Positions 20,729 to 33,030 are shown, counted from the first letter of the stretch. The stretch: 44,800 nucleotides of DNA from Nemertoderma westbladi (GCA_032718475.1 JAUCBJ010003566.1:1-44800), one strand, 5' to 3'. Program-made: numbers and translations. Notes: a model not told the origin generated them from the sequence alone.

Positions 20729-23010
20729 ATAACTCAGCCCTGCAGTTTCGGACTACATTCGAGAACCGGCTTAGGTACGTAGTAGCGCACATTGACAACA
20801 AGTGAAATAAAGTCACGTTTATTGTTATGGTTAGAAAACACCCCCACTGTAACCTGCTCCTTTCCCTTATTGTTTTAAATTAATTAATTTTTCAAACCCA
20901 CTTAACACAAATTTGGTGGTTGCGGTCATTGTACACCATTGAGTTGAGTCACGAAGTTGGGTTGGGTATGAATTGATGATTCTCGATCTCGAATAGATAA
21001 TACTATATGACACTCAATGCAGTGGAAATGCGTAAGGACGCAATAATATTTAATTAGTATTTAGTAATTCTGGAATTGTAATCTGGAACTATTAGTCTAT
21101 GTATAATAATAATGAATGACTGGAAAAGACCAAAGATAATAATTTTTATAACAATTTTATTTGTTTTTTTTGTATGGATATGTTGGCTCCATAATAGGGC
21201 GGGTCAACCACCCCCCCCCCCCCCCCCCCCCCCCCTAAAATATTCCTACTGAATTCCCCAGGGCCATGCCCTGTAAATTCCCCAGGATTGCTGTTATTTC
21301 CACCACAGGCGATCGCCTGGAATTCCGGCTCCACCCAGATGTGCCACACACTTTTATAAAGCAATGAGCAGATGAGTCACATAGATTAATATTGCTCAGC
21401 TTATAAGCTGTTAAACTAATATAACAAAACAAAATAGTAGGCATATGTGCTATGTCTCCATATTCATAATAATAATAATAATTACAATATAAACCTACCG
21501 TTACCAGGTTCAGATAATATTGGATATGACGTCAGAAGTCACTCACTTCTGATGTGCTGCTTTTTCTCGGTAACGATTTATTGAACTTTATCTTGAACTC
21601 TGACTTATTGAAATCCTTAAACGACGAAAGTTGTCAAAGTCTTTAAGAAGCGATACCACACTCGAATTATAAGAAATGGGCCAGATCCCCAGATTACAGA
21701 CACAAATTAATTATACACCGAATGTGAATTTTAACGAAACTTGTATATGTTGGTTGACTCATCAATAAATGCCGCGTTGATGGAATTAGTAGAATGGAGT
21801 CACACTCATATGAGAGATTAGGCCTATTGATATATACTGATATATGTACAAAGTAATACGGTGCAATACTGTAATACATATATGTTAGAGCTACAGGTAT
21901 GTTATGTTAAGTACTTTAAATTCCGCTCAAAAACAACAAACTGGAACGTAAGAACTTATAACATTAATTAAAGAATTTTAACCAATAAAAGGTACTAGAC
22001 AACGACAGGGTATATCAGAATTCAGACCCCTCATATAGCAAAGACGAATCGAAATGGCCGACCACAAATGAATATTAAACGAGTTATGAGAATAAACCGG
22101 TTTAAACTGGTTCCTTTATCCTGTTGATATTGCTTTAATTTCGCGATAAATATATTAATGTGGATAACAGCCATCTATTGACGATCATTGGAATTCTACC
22201 CAACTCAACGTGTGTCATTCCCTATTGGCTCTTCGGTAGTGCCACACAACTAACACTACAACTACTGTTAGCATGCCTGTTAGAGCAGAAAGGAAGGCCA
22301 GGGAAGAAGGTAAGGCCAATGTAGGATAAAGCTCCTCTAGTCAAAGCCGGGAATATAAATAATACATAACAAAACACCAAACCTGCACTACTTATTCGAA
22401 CACAAACAACTGTTTCAGAAATCATCCCATATTCCCATGGCAGTTGAAGTGCAATGCAAGAGGCCTGGCAGGGTCGTAGGAGTATTGGAGTTGTGTTCAT
22501 TCTGGAGTTTGATATCTCTACATTATACATCATACTCCAAGGGCAACAACAATAACATTAGGCACAATTCATTTAGAAAATCAAAATTAATTTCAAAAGG
22601 TAACAATTAAATAATAAATTATCTTTAAAACGTCTTTTCAGTGATCAAATCTCGTTAAAAGGTTTTTAAACGACTTGTTAAACGACTTTTAAGTCAGCTT
22701 GTAGTTGAAATAACCTGAATGAATATTTCTGAAAGTTGGTTGTGGGGCGAGTAAAAACTGCGAGTCCAGGAGTGCAAACTGTTATAATATATTTCATGCT
22801 GTTTTCCAAAAGTCTGTTTAGTTGTGTGTGTGTGTCGGATCGGAAGCCATGATTGTCGGAAGCCAATATCAGAATAGGCCTATATAACTAGAGCCATAGT
22901 ATATTATATAATTATTTTATTTATTTGTATGGAATTAATTTCGCACTACCAAATCGCCAGGGCGACATATTTTCCAACTTTATATCGCAGTGCGACATTA
23001 TTTCTCAGAA

Positions 23011-23301
23011 TGTGGGGCGATCAACGCAGTCAGGTCGAGCCTTAATGCGTAATTATAATCAGTGAATAGGGCAAAATTCATGCCCGTCTGTCTGTCCGTC
23101 CGTCTGTCCGTCATTCGTAAATAACTTTTGAAGATTTTAACTATTTTCAACTAAATTTTGTATGGGCATACTAGAGAAAAATTTACAATATTTTTGAAAG
23201 TTACGGGCAAATATACCTCTCGAACTTTTGACTCCAGATCAAATCGAACTTGTTTCGAACTTGCTCAAGTTCGCGTGCTGCGCGACGCCCATCGAACGTG
23301 T
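23011..23301 (+). mobile_element. DINE-1/Helentron-like non-autonomous element, copy 1
   Basis: (GTCY)n microsatellite, gtggggcg...cgccc subterminal inverted motif, and high similarity to 37324-37617. Confidence 0.7.
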
Positions 23302-24119
23302 CCCTACGCCAAACATTTACCATGTATTTCCAGTATACCCAGTATCGCGTCATTATTAGGTTGTTCTCAAAAGTTTAAGTATGAATACAATAATTAAAAG
23401 ATAATTCCCTACAAATAAGTAAAATTAGATTCGCCATTGTTCATAATTAGCACTTTAAAAGCTTTTACGGCCCTCTCTCGTGCCGTAACGCTATAAAGCG
23501 CTATTTTATGAACAATGACGTATATCCAGTAGTTAATAATTGTTCACTGAGATGGTTTAGCTTTTGCTGCACGAAGGCCCCACTACTCGTGTACTCGTGA
23601 GTCGGTCAACTTATTATGAATAGGTAATCACCATTATTATACCTGTTAGCTTCGGAAAGTCTGTTCACTGACTCCGAAAGCAAGTCGTTTACATTTGATT
23701 GGATATATAGTTTGATTGCACCTGCCACAAAGTGGCACTGCTTAGTGAGATATTAATTCTAAACCACTTTCAATCGTTTCAACTCCCCGAACCTACATTA
23801 ACAAACAAATATAATTATTCCGTCAAGCTTCTGTTAGCGATAATGCGGAACGTGTTGAATTTGATGAAAAAGGCCCATAAATCGCTCTATCTATGTAAAA
23901 ACTTTAAAAATATCCTCGAAATCGTTAGAACCGTTTTGAGCACTCAACGTAAGTTTTCAGTAAGAACCAAGTCTACCACGACTTCTTACTAATGTCCCTT
24001 CAATCCCTTCATCATATTGCTAGCTAATTGAATCCATTGAAACAAATCGCAGTTATTTTTTAACTAATTAATTACAGATAGATTAGTATACCGGACCGGT
24101 ACTATGTATTTCCCGCGCC

Positions 24120-24335
24120 AATGTCAAGAATACCAAGTTTCCACTTTTAGTCGAAATTTTATATATCAAGAATAGTGTTTTATAACACTTATTTAAATAT
24201 CTTATAACAAACAACCTGTACAGATACTAATTCGTTTATTGTTTTGGTTAGATTCAGCCCTTCTGTAACCTGGGTATTAAGTGAAACCCTTTATGGTATA
24301 TATTCTTCACATGGGGATAAACTGCAAAGTGAAAA
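24120..24335 (+). mobile_element. Diverged partial copy of the 27611-27953 MITE
   Basis: Shares aagaatacca..., tactaattcgtttattgttttggttagattcagcccttctgtaacctg and ttcttcacatgggg..aactgcaaagtgaaa with 27680-27916. Confidence 0.75.
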
Positions 24336-27300
24336 AAAAAAACAGCTAAAAAGTTTTAAAAAGTTTGGTATACTTAGAAAAGGGCCGGGCCCCATTTACA
24401 ATTGAAATAAATTGAATTACTAGCTCTTATACATTTGCGTTTTGCCAGAGTTGGCAGGGTTTATGGCGGGGTTTATGGCGGGGTTTATGGCAGTGTATGA
24501 TAACGTCAACTGTGTTCACATGTCAATACAAGAGGACAGAGTATCGTCGTTCAACTCAATCTATATTAATCGCGCCTTTTAATGAAAATGGAATTCTGAA
24601 TTGTAACTTTTTTTAATTTTGTTTAAATATAAATTAACGGGTTTTTAATGACACTTAATTTTTGTTTAAAAATTTACTCTCAGTAAAATACATTTAAGGT
24701 TAACAGTTCCCAGATATATTAACTTATTATGCGAAATGTTTAGAAGATTTATCAATCCGAAGCGGCGAATTAATAAACGGATGGAGTTGAACCTTAGAGA
24801 ACTTCTAGACAAAGAAATCTAAAGAAATTTAAAGTCTTTACATTTAATATAAACACTATAGCGCCCCCTAGCAGCTGTCTAGTGCCCTAGAATCTATAAC
24901 AACAACAACAAACTTCCAGTAGAGTGGTGGTAACTGTATATGCTAAGTAAATAATTATAGATACAAATAGTCCCTATGAAACAAACATTATGTTTAGAGT
25001 AACTGAATTGTTGTAAAGTTATAAATTGGTATTCTAGAAAAAGTTTCCGATTAATATAATGTTCCAGAAGCCAACAACATTTGGTTTCTATACCAAATTA
25101 ATGTTAAGATTGTATCCTAGGAGACTAAAAGGCATAAATACAGGTTCCTATTTGGCTATTAATTCCTAATTTTAATTCCCTAATATGGTTTATTAGGGGG
25201 GGGGGGGGGGGGTATGTTATCAGTTCAGGGAAAGGAACAGGTTACAGTTGCTTGTTTTCTAACAAAAACAAATCCCAATAGCACAGGATACGAGTTTAAT
25301 GCAGAATCCCCGAATATAATAATAATAATTGAAGTATTTAATATCGATTTTAATATTCATTTACGTATTTCAAACTGTCAGTATTTCTTATCGATGAATT
25401 GTACGAAGTTAATAACAAATATTACACAACTCCATACGGAGAGCCAATGCGTGGATTTTAGAAAGTAAAATAAATCACAAATAGTGGGGTTGTTTAGTTT
25501 ACAACTAGGGATATTAATCTACCAGAGATTCATTAAACGTTTTACAATTCAAAATGGCAAATAGTAACTCCAGTGACTAATTCTAGCGGCGCATTCAGAT
25601 TTTGGTCAAGGTGGTTGGCGATCTTGTACCAATCTAACATTATCATATCAATTAAGGGAAAGAAGCAGCCCCCCCCCCCCCCCCCCCCCCCCCCATCTCT
25701 CACCCAAGACGAGAACCACAAGAACGGCTGCAGAAAAACAACAAGAAAGAACTTAAATTAATCACCAATAATCACCTTATTATCTCTGTAGACGATCAAC
25801 TCTTCTCTTTCTATTAACTCCAATTGTCCGTAAAGCTGATTGTGTATACAGTATTCGTATTGCCACCTCTTGTGTATTCTAAAATAGGAAACAAAAACAG
25901 ATTCATTAAACTTAACATTGTCTGTCTGTTCGTAAAGGGGCCACCAATTCCACTATACCAGGTCAATTACAATGTCAATTTCTGGGGAAACGGGGGGGGG
26001 GGGGGGGGGGGGGGGGGCAAATCCCGTCTCGGCTAATACATTTATTGTCCCAATGTTCAATTATCAATTAAAGGAAAGGAGCAGGTTACGGAGGCAGGTT
26101 ATTCAAACCGACACAATAAACTTAAGTCAAATTAACAGGTTACAGTTGTATTTTTGGGAGTGATCGTATGTTATTTGCGTCGATTTTCATTGATCCCCCC
26201 CCCCCCCCCCATCCGCTCCCCTGCGTCTGGGTTAGGTTTAAAATAAGTGTTCTACATAACAATAACTTATAATAACTTATTTACAATAACTTATTATTAT
26301 TAAATATTTAGTAGACTTTTTGGTATACAAATTTTATAAAACATAAAATTCAGTTTCCCATATTCATATAAGAAATAATTTTGGGGAAAATTATTATTAA
26401 TCATGACAGTGATTGTCGCCTAAACGCCACAGGTTTGTTTCAGATTTCACTGTTTCAGGTACCGTGGTAGCAGGGTAGTGTTGGAGAAAATGATTGAAAG
26501 AATAATGAGTCACAATTTTTGACCGTCACAAATTATTAAATATAGTAATAATCCTATTTCAGATGACCAGTTACTCTAATTGAATTATATGGGAAGTTAT
26601 AAAAGTAAAAAAAATAAATATATATGTGACGTCACATTGCCAACTGGAAATTTCCTCCAATCTATCGCTTAAAAATCCGGCTTGCTATTGGCAGGCTGGT
26701 TGCCATAGCAATAATCCATATAGATATACGCAGGAGCCGTTAGGTAGTGGTAGATTGTTAGAGCCAGTTGTGTGTTGTAGTGAGATGGGGGGGGGGGGGG
26801 GGGGGGCAATAAAGATGTGAGTGATCGTGTGGTTATATGACATCGGGCAGCGGTAGCAAGCCGGTAAACCTTATATATGTTTTAGCGGGTGAAGGAGCCC
26901 TACATGGCCAGCAACATAAACTCATTGGGCTCTGTAAATCTCTCAACTCAACCATGCAAAATGTGTATCAGATTAAGACCCTCAACCGGTTACGGAAAAT
27001 AACTAGACTAAGAAGCTAAAAAAATAAATACATCCCCAGCCCCCCGCCCCCAGTAGTATTATTTGTTTTATTTATGTAAGTAAAATAGGCCTAATAACAT
27101 AATAATACGAAGACATCATTTGTAAGTAAATACCCAGGTCATAGCAGTAGCAGAGCTAAGACTAGGCCTACAGTTGTTAGTGCTAGAGATTTGATTCAAC
27201 ATGGATGGTAAAGGCCCACCACATATCAAATACTGACTACAAATCTATGTATCAAAGAGTAACTGGAAAGTGCGGAACGAGAAATAAAGAAAAATTACAA

Positions 27301-27610
27301 CAATTAGGCTAATTAATAAATACAACATTACGGCCATTCATTACACTCACCTCTCAAAACTTTATGATTGTAGTCGATTTATTGGGTTTAAGATAGAGCC
27401 TATTGTGGTCCTTGGTTACCTTGGTTGCGACGGTTAATTTTGAAGAGACTAACTGAGACTTGTATTACGATCACTATAATCAGACACCTCTATAGTATAA
27501 CTATTAATATTTAATAAATATTAATAAATAATAACAAATAACTGGAGGCCTACAACGATACTAACTAACTACTGTGTTGTAGAAATAGCGTTAACAATAG
27601 ATAAACTAAA

Positions 27611-27953
27611 GGGCCCATATGAAGAATACCAGACTTTCTGCCGTTATATTTCACTTTGCAGTTACCGGGGTTACCCCCATGTGAAGAATACCAGGTTTTC
27701 ACTTTTCGGTCGACTTTTTATTGGAATTTTATATATTGAGATTTTTTATTTTTTTTTAATTTATCTTCATTAAGTGTTTTATAGCGCTTATTTCTGTCTT
27801 ATAACCTGTACATATACTAATTCGTTTATTGTTTTGGTTAGATTCAGCCCTTCTGTAACCTGTGGTTTTAGTGAAAACCTGGTATTTCTTCACATGGGGG
27901 TAACTGCAAAGTGAAATATAACGGCAGAAAGTCTGGTATTCTTCACGTGGGCC
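27611..27953. mobile_element. MITE with about 55-bp TIRs
   Basis: GGGCCCATATGAAGAATACCAGACTTTCTGCCGTTATATTTCACTTTGCAGTTACC is inverted at 27899-27953. Confidence 0.85.
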
Positions 27954-28167
27954 AAGAATACCAGGTTTTCACCAAAAACACAGGTTACAGAAAGGCTGAA
28001 TCTAACCAAAACAATAAATGAATTAGTATATGTACAGGTTATAAGACAGAAATAAGCGCTATAAAACACTTAATGAAGATAAATTAAAAAAAAATAAAAA
28101 ATCTCAATATATAAAATTCCAATAAAAAGTCGACCGAAAAGTGAAATCCTGGTATTTTTTACATGGG
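27954..28167 (-). repeat. Inverted duplicate of the MITE interior 27676-27890
   Basis: Near-perfect reverse complement over about 215 bp. Confidence 0.9.
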
Positions 28168-29237
28168 CGGAATTAAGTATCGTATAAATTGTCTAAATCT
28201 ATATCAAGAGCATCAATCAACGCATCAATTGCAATATTGGAGTCATTTATTGACGCTGACGCATCAACCAACCGAGAAACCCAAACTATTAAAATTGTAC
28301 CGGAATAAAATAAATCGTATACGTCCACGATGTTGGCGAATCTAACCCGAATAACTAACTGACTCGGTATAACCAGGCAACCGGGGTATCGGCAGTGTTG
28401 TGTGGAAGTGAAAAGTAAAACACAGTTAAACAAAGATGAAAAAAAGTCAGGAAAATCCCTGACATGGTGGTTTATTATTTGTATAAAAATATTTACAAGA
28501 ACCGGTTTAAACCGGTCATCACATAATGTTCGCGACATTTTAATTTCGCGAATATTATTCTCTCTGACGTCACCGGTTCTCAGGAATATATAATTTACAA
28601 ACATCTCATAACAAAATGCGCTTTTGCGAACAGCTGATTGGCTACTTTCACAACATACTAGAAGGCCATTACTTATCCAATGGGTATTTGGCAGCAATAA
28701 CGGTAACTACACTGTTACCAACATTACAAAAACACACTCACCGGTAACTGTGCTACCTTCACCTTTACCCATATCGCGGATGTCTGCATTCTGGGACATA
28801 TTTTAGAAAATTACGTTTTTGGGAAATCCTTGAAAGTTATGAATAGTATCAACGGTGTAATTTACCATTTTCACGTATGTTCATGTTCCTGGATGATCAC
28901 TATTTTACCATAAACGTACACATCAGCCATACTACTAACAGCAAACCAGCATTACTGTACAGCATGCTTTGGATTTAGGCAGTTTAAATGTCGCATGCAT
29001 GCCGTTCCCCAATAGGTTAATTTATCTATCGTGTTCCGTACGTCACTTGCATTTAATGTTACAGTAATTCCAAAATATTAAATATATTTCTCTGTTTCTC
29101 ATCACGGGCGCCTTCATCTCATAACTTTACCTTGTCAAGATTTAACTGTTACCTGTGTCATTGTTTCCCGTTTATTGTTTTGGTTAGAATAACGTGCCAC
29201 TGTAACCCACTACTTTCTATTAATTAATCAACCTAAT

Positions 29238-29818
29238 CGGCCCTTCGTCCCAAATGGAACACCGTCCCGTCCGGCCTTTCGTCCCAAATGGACCATCGGC
29301 CTGTTCGGGCCTTCGTCCGAAATGGACCACCGTCCCGTCCGGCCTTTCGTCACAAATGGACCATCGGGCCTTCGTCCCAAATGGACCATCGTCCCGTCCG
29401 GCCCTTCGTCCCAAATGGACCATCATCCCGTTAGGCCCTTCGTCCCAAATGGACCATCGTCCCGTCCGGCCCTTCGTCCCAAATGGACCATCATCCCGTT
29501 AGGCCCTTCGTCCCAAATGGATCATCGGCCTGTTCGGGCCTTCGCCCCAAATGGAACATAGTCCCGTCCGGCCCTTCGTCCCAAATGGACCATCATCCCG
29601 TTAGGCCCTTCGTCCCAAATGGACCATCGTCCCGTCCGGCCCTTCGTCCCAAATGGACCATCATCCCGTTCGGCCCTTCGTCCCAAATGGATCATCGGCC
29701 TGTTCGGGCCTTCGCCCCAAATGGAACATAGTCCCGTCCGGCCTTTCGTCCCAAATGGACCATCGGCCCGTCCGGCCTTTCGTCCCAAATGGACCATCAT
29801 CCCGTTCGGGCCTTCATC
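29238..29818. repeat. Minisatellite, 34-bp unit, about 17 copies, with a 170-bp (5-mer) higher-order repeat
   Basis: Unit gcccttcgtcccaaatggaccatcgtcccgtccg; ORFs at 29483 and 29653 repeat at a 170-bp offset. Confidence 0.96.
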
Positions 29819-30573
29819 CTGGAACCTTTCCCACAGTAATTGTGGATGATTCAGATTCACTGAGAGTTATCTGTTTCTTTGGGAGTGATCTTGTGAAAGT
29901 TTCATCACACACACCTTCTTCGTGAGATCCTTTCCTAAGTTAGATGCGTGTTCTTTAGTTATATTGTGATGTGATCGAGAAATACTGTAATACTTAAATT
30001 ATATGTTCTTACTGTAATAAATCGTTACCGCACCTACATTTATTTCTGCACTTTCCCTGTGAATTTCATTGAATTTTGAGGAAATCCTTGGAATTTGGGC
30101 CCTTAGTGGCAGTTAAGTTAGTCTGTCGTTCTAAGGCAAAAATCACTGAACTCGAATTTTGACGAACATGCTATTTATAGTGGTATCATTTTAAAGCTTA
30201 CGGGTACGGCTGGTAGTGGTACTGTATAACTTATACAGTAGACAAGCTTGCCAGCCGAGAGCTGCCAATAATGGGCGGATCCATTGCTATCTATATATTT
30301 TTGTTGTAATAATTTACGCGCCTATGCAGGGCAGCCTAATAACGAAAAACTAAACATTGGGCGAAGTACACAATTGTATTGTAGTATATAATATTGTATG
30401 TAAAAAAAACACTGTTTGTAAGAAAGGTATCTTTTCCTACAATTCTAAACGAAATATAGCGAAATTTTGCAGAAAGCATGTCCAATAGAAGCTCCCTATG
30501 GGGTGTCGACAGAATTTTTATTGAGTGAATTCTACGATTATGATCGGTCATTCTAGAATTAATTTCAATGTTG

Positions 30574-30696
30574 CTAGGCTACCAACAGGTCCCTCGCAAC
30601 CAAAACCTTGCATACACAACTAGGTCCGATAGTGAACTTATCATCAAAGTTGCATCCAATTCCATCAACATTAAGTGCAAGAATTTGTGTGTAGGC
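30574..30696 (-). CDS. Possible terminal exon of a cystine-knot (Spaetzle/neurotrophin-like) protein
   Basis: Strong acceptor ttttgtttgtttgtAG, then AYTQILALNVDGIGCNFDDKFTIGPSCVCKVLVARDLLVA-stop with a terminal CxC. Upstream exons were not found. Confidence 0.25.
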   Translation of the reverse strand, partial: AYTQILALNVDGIGCNFDDKFTIGPSCVCKVLVARDLLVA

Positions 30697-31410
30697 CTAC
30701 AAACAAACAAAAACAATAAAACAAATACACACACAAACACGTGAGAAATAAGGACATCCAATTCTTGGATCCGTCCAAAAATTTACCTAGAGCGATTAAA
30801 AAACGATTAAATCTCAAATTTGATGCATTTATTAATTATTTATTTATGTGAATTTCTTAAGGCTTTCTTTAGCTTTGTTTGATCAATAATCACAATAAGT
30901 AATTATTATAGGGATATTTCAAACAAAAAGATGCAGAATATATCCAAAGTAAATGAAAGGCATTTATTGCACAACATAAAAAACGTAAGAGAGGAACATC
31001 GACAAAAATAATAGAGGATTACACTCAAAATAAAACTGTTACCTGTTCTATTGTGTAGTTTATTGTTTTGGTTAAAATAACGTGCCACTGTAACCTGCTC
31101 CTTTTCCTAAATTAAGCATTTACAGTAACTTTGAGGCGGGATTCGCCAAGACGGGATTTGCGTCCAGCCCCCCCCCCCCCCCCCACCCCTCTGTCTCGAG
31201 AGGAATGAAGTTGACTTCGCCTCATCTAAATTAATAAGTTAGCTTTATGTTCGCCGGAATACACAAGCTTATAAAAATCAAGCCTTATTGCTGCAACTAA
31301 ATCCGCTTTATTTAGTTAACAGTTTAACTGATAAGACGGTGTAAAATCTCTGATTTTAAACGATCACAACAGAAAGATTACATATCTGAGCCCCTAAAAT
31401 GGACATGGCG

Positions 31411-31530
31411 TTATATTTTTTTTAATTACGTTCAAGAGTTTCCTCTGGGGAGTATAATTCGGGGGGGGGGGGGGGGGGGCGAATTATACTCCCCAGAGGA
31501 AACTCTTGAACGTGATTATAAAAAATATAA
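31411..31530. repeat. Hairpin with a 34-bp perfect stem and poly-G loop
   Basis: acgttcaagagtttcctctggggagtataattcg (31428-31461), G18, then cgaattatactccccagaggaaactcttgaacgt (31480-31513). Confidence 0.95.
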
Positions 31531-32249
31531 TAATTCGTCAGACTTTGTGGGTAGTACATAACCTAAAGGCCGAATAAAACTTTCTAATTTATCTAAATAA
31601 AGATTCAAATCCTTTAGTCATAAAAATGTTCACACAGACATTCACATGTTTTCGTGCAGATACGATAACTTTAGATTGATTTTTCTCTAAAACGCGATTT
31701 TTTCATTTTTTTACGGCAGTATTGGGTAAGGATAAAGGATAAATAAGGATAATAGGATAATAAGGATATAGGATAAACATAAATCTACGTTCGAAAATTA
31801 AATAAATTTGTATTCTACATTTTTTTAGGACTCAAACATAGTCCAAGTAACCCAAGCGAAGAAAATTAAACTTAAACAATAACGTGACATTAAAAGTCGC
31901 AAGGAAATAATTATACTTCAAATATCATTACAATTCGAATTCGGTATTATTTTCATTAACTGATATTATGTTGTATTATATTGTTATACTGAAATTATGT
32001 TGCCCATTTATCATGACGATGTAAGCTATACATTTCATGTTCGGATAATTAATTAATTATATTGATGAGGTGTTTAACTAAATCTATTTCAAATCAACTT
32101 GAAAACTGGCAAACTGCCTTATATGGCAGCTCCCGAGATGAAGGGGGCACCAACTTCGACAAGGAACAGAATATTCTCGGACCCGCCGTCACATCTACGG
32201 CGTGGAAATTCCCTATCGCAATTCTATTATATTCTATGGAGTGGAGATC

Positions 32250-32400
32250 CTGAATAAATTATTCAATGCTGCCCCATGACTTCCCTTTACGTATCCGCAG
32301 GTCTCCCTTCTCATGACTTCCGGATCCATGATCCCAAATAGCAGAAGTCATCCACATCATCCACAAGTCAAGCCAACCCTGGAGCTTATGCCCATACGAT
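32250..32400 (-). mobile_element. Degenerate LINE (RTE-like) reverse-transcriptase C-terminal fragment
   Basis: Frameshifted VDDFCYLGSWI / GDLRIRKGKSW / AALNNL, the YLG motif region of non-LTR RTs. Confidence 0.6.
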
Positions 32401-32479
32401 CAGAGATTACTTGAGGTCTGTCATAGATAGGTATTAATTTATCGCCACTAAGTGAAAGCCACCCCAAATTAGATGATTT

Positions 32480-33030
32480 CACACCAAAAAAATTATTTAG
32501 CACCAAAAATAATTTTTGCTGATTTGCATTCAAAAATTTTGAATATATCTCTCACCAAAAACAATTCATCCCCCAAAAACAATTATCCATCCCCCAAAAA
32601 CAATTATTCATACCCCAAAATAAATTATTCAATCTCACTAAAATAATTACTTGTCAATCAAAAACAATTCTCCAAGCATCAAATATTTTATGGAAAATTT
32701 AATTTATATATTATATAAAATATATAAATTCATTCATTATTTATTTCCATAAATCAAACAAAATGTTTAATCATATTAGTCCTATACCGACGATCCTCGG
32801 GTGAGTACAACACAAAGACCCAATTATATACACCTGCATAATCTTGTAACATGTTAAATTTATTATTTTGGGGGTTTTGTCATTTATTTTGGTGTGAATA
32901 ATTGGTTTTGGGGAGCATTTATTTAGTTTGGCGTTGAATAATGTTTTTGGTGTTGAACAATTTATTTTGGTTTTTGAATATCTTTTATTTGGGATGACTT
33001 TATTTTATTAAAATTAACGTTTCTGGTGAA
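32480..33030. mobile_element. Degenerate element with inverted subterminal tandem arrays
   Basis: Repeats of ccaaaaa(c/t)aatt at 32480-32670 and their reverse complements (aataa..ttttggtg) at 32860-33030. Confidence 0.55.

Noticed and set aside
19118-20805. Long RS/RG-rich ORFs containing GKR motifs (neuropeptide-precursor-like)
   Set aside because: Translation of a 23-bp satellite; unit not a multiple of 3, no signal peptide, no splice context.
22222-22533. Coding-looking patch (103-aa minus ORF and a broken plus frame)
   Set aside because: No recognisable motif or splice structure; possibly a decayed TE fragment.
26620-28700. Promoter-like clusters (TGACGTCA, CCAAT, X-box-like GTTGCCATAGCAA)
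   Set aside because: Short motifs with no linked exon or ORF; cannot be supported from sequence alone.
29170-29210. RAG recombination-signal-like reading of the boxed motif (TACAGTG-12/13 bp-ACCAAAACA on the reverse strand)
   Set aside because: Lacks the essential CAC start, the heptamer is not conserved in several copies, and there is no 23-bp partner or RAG/Transib ORF in the window.
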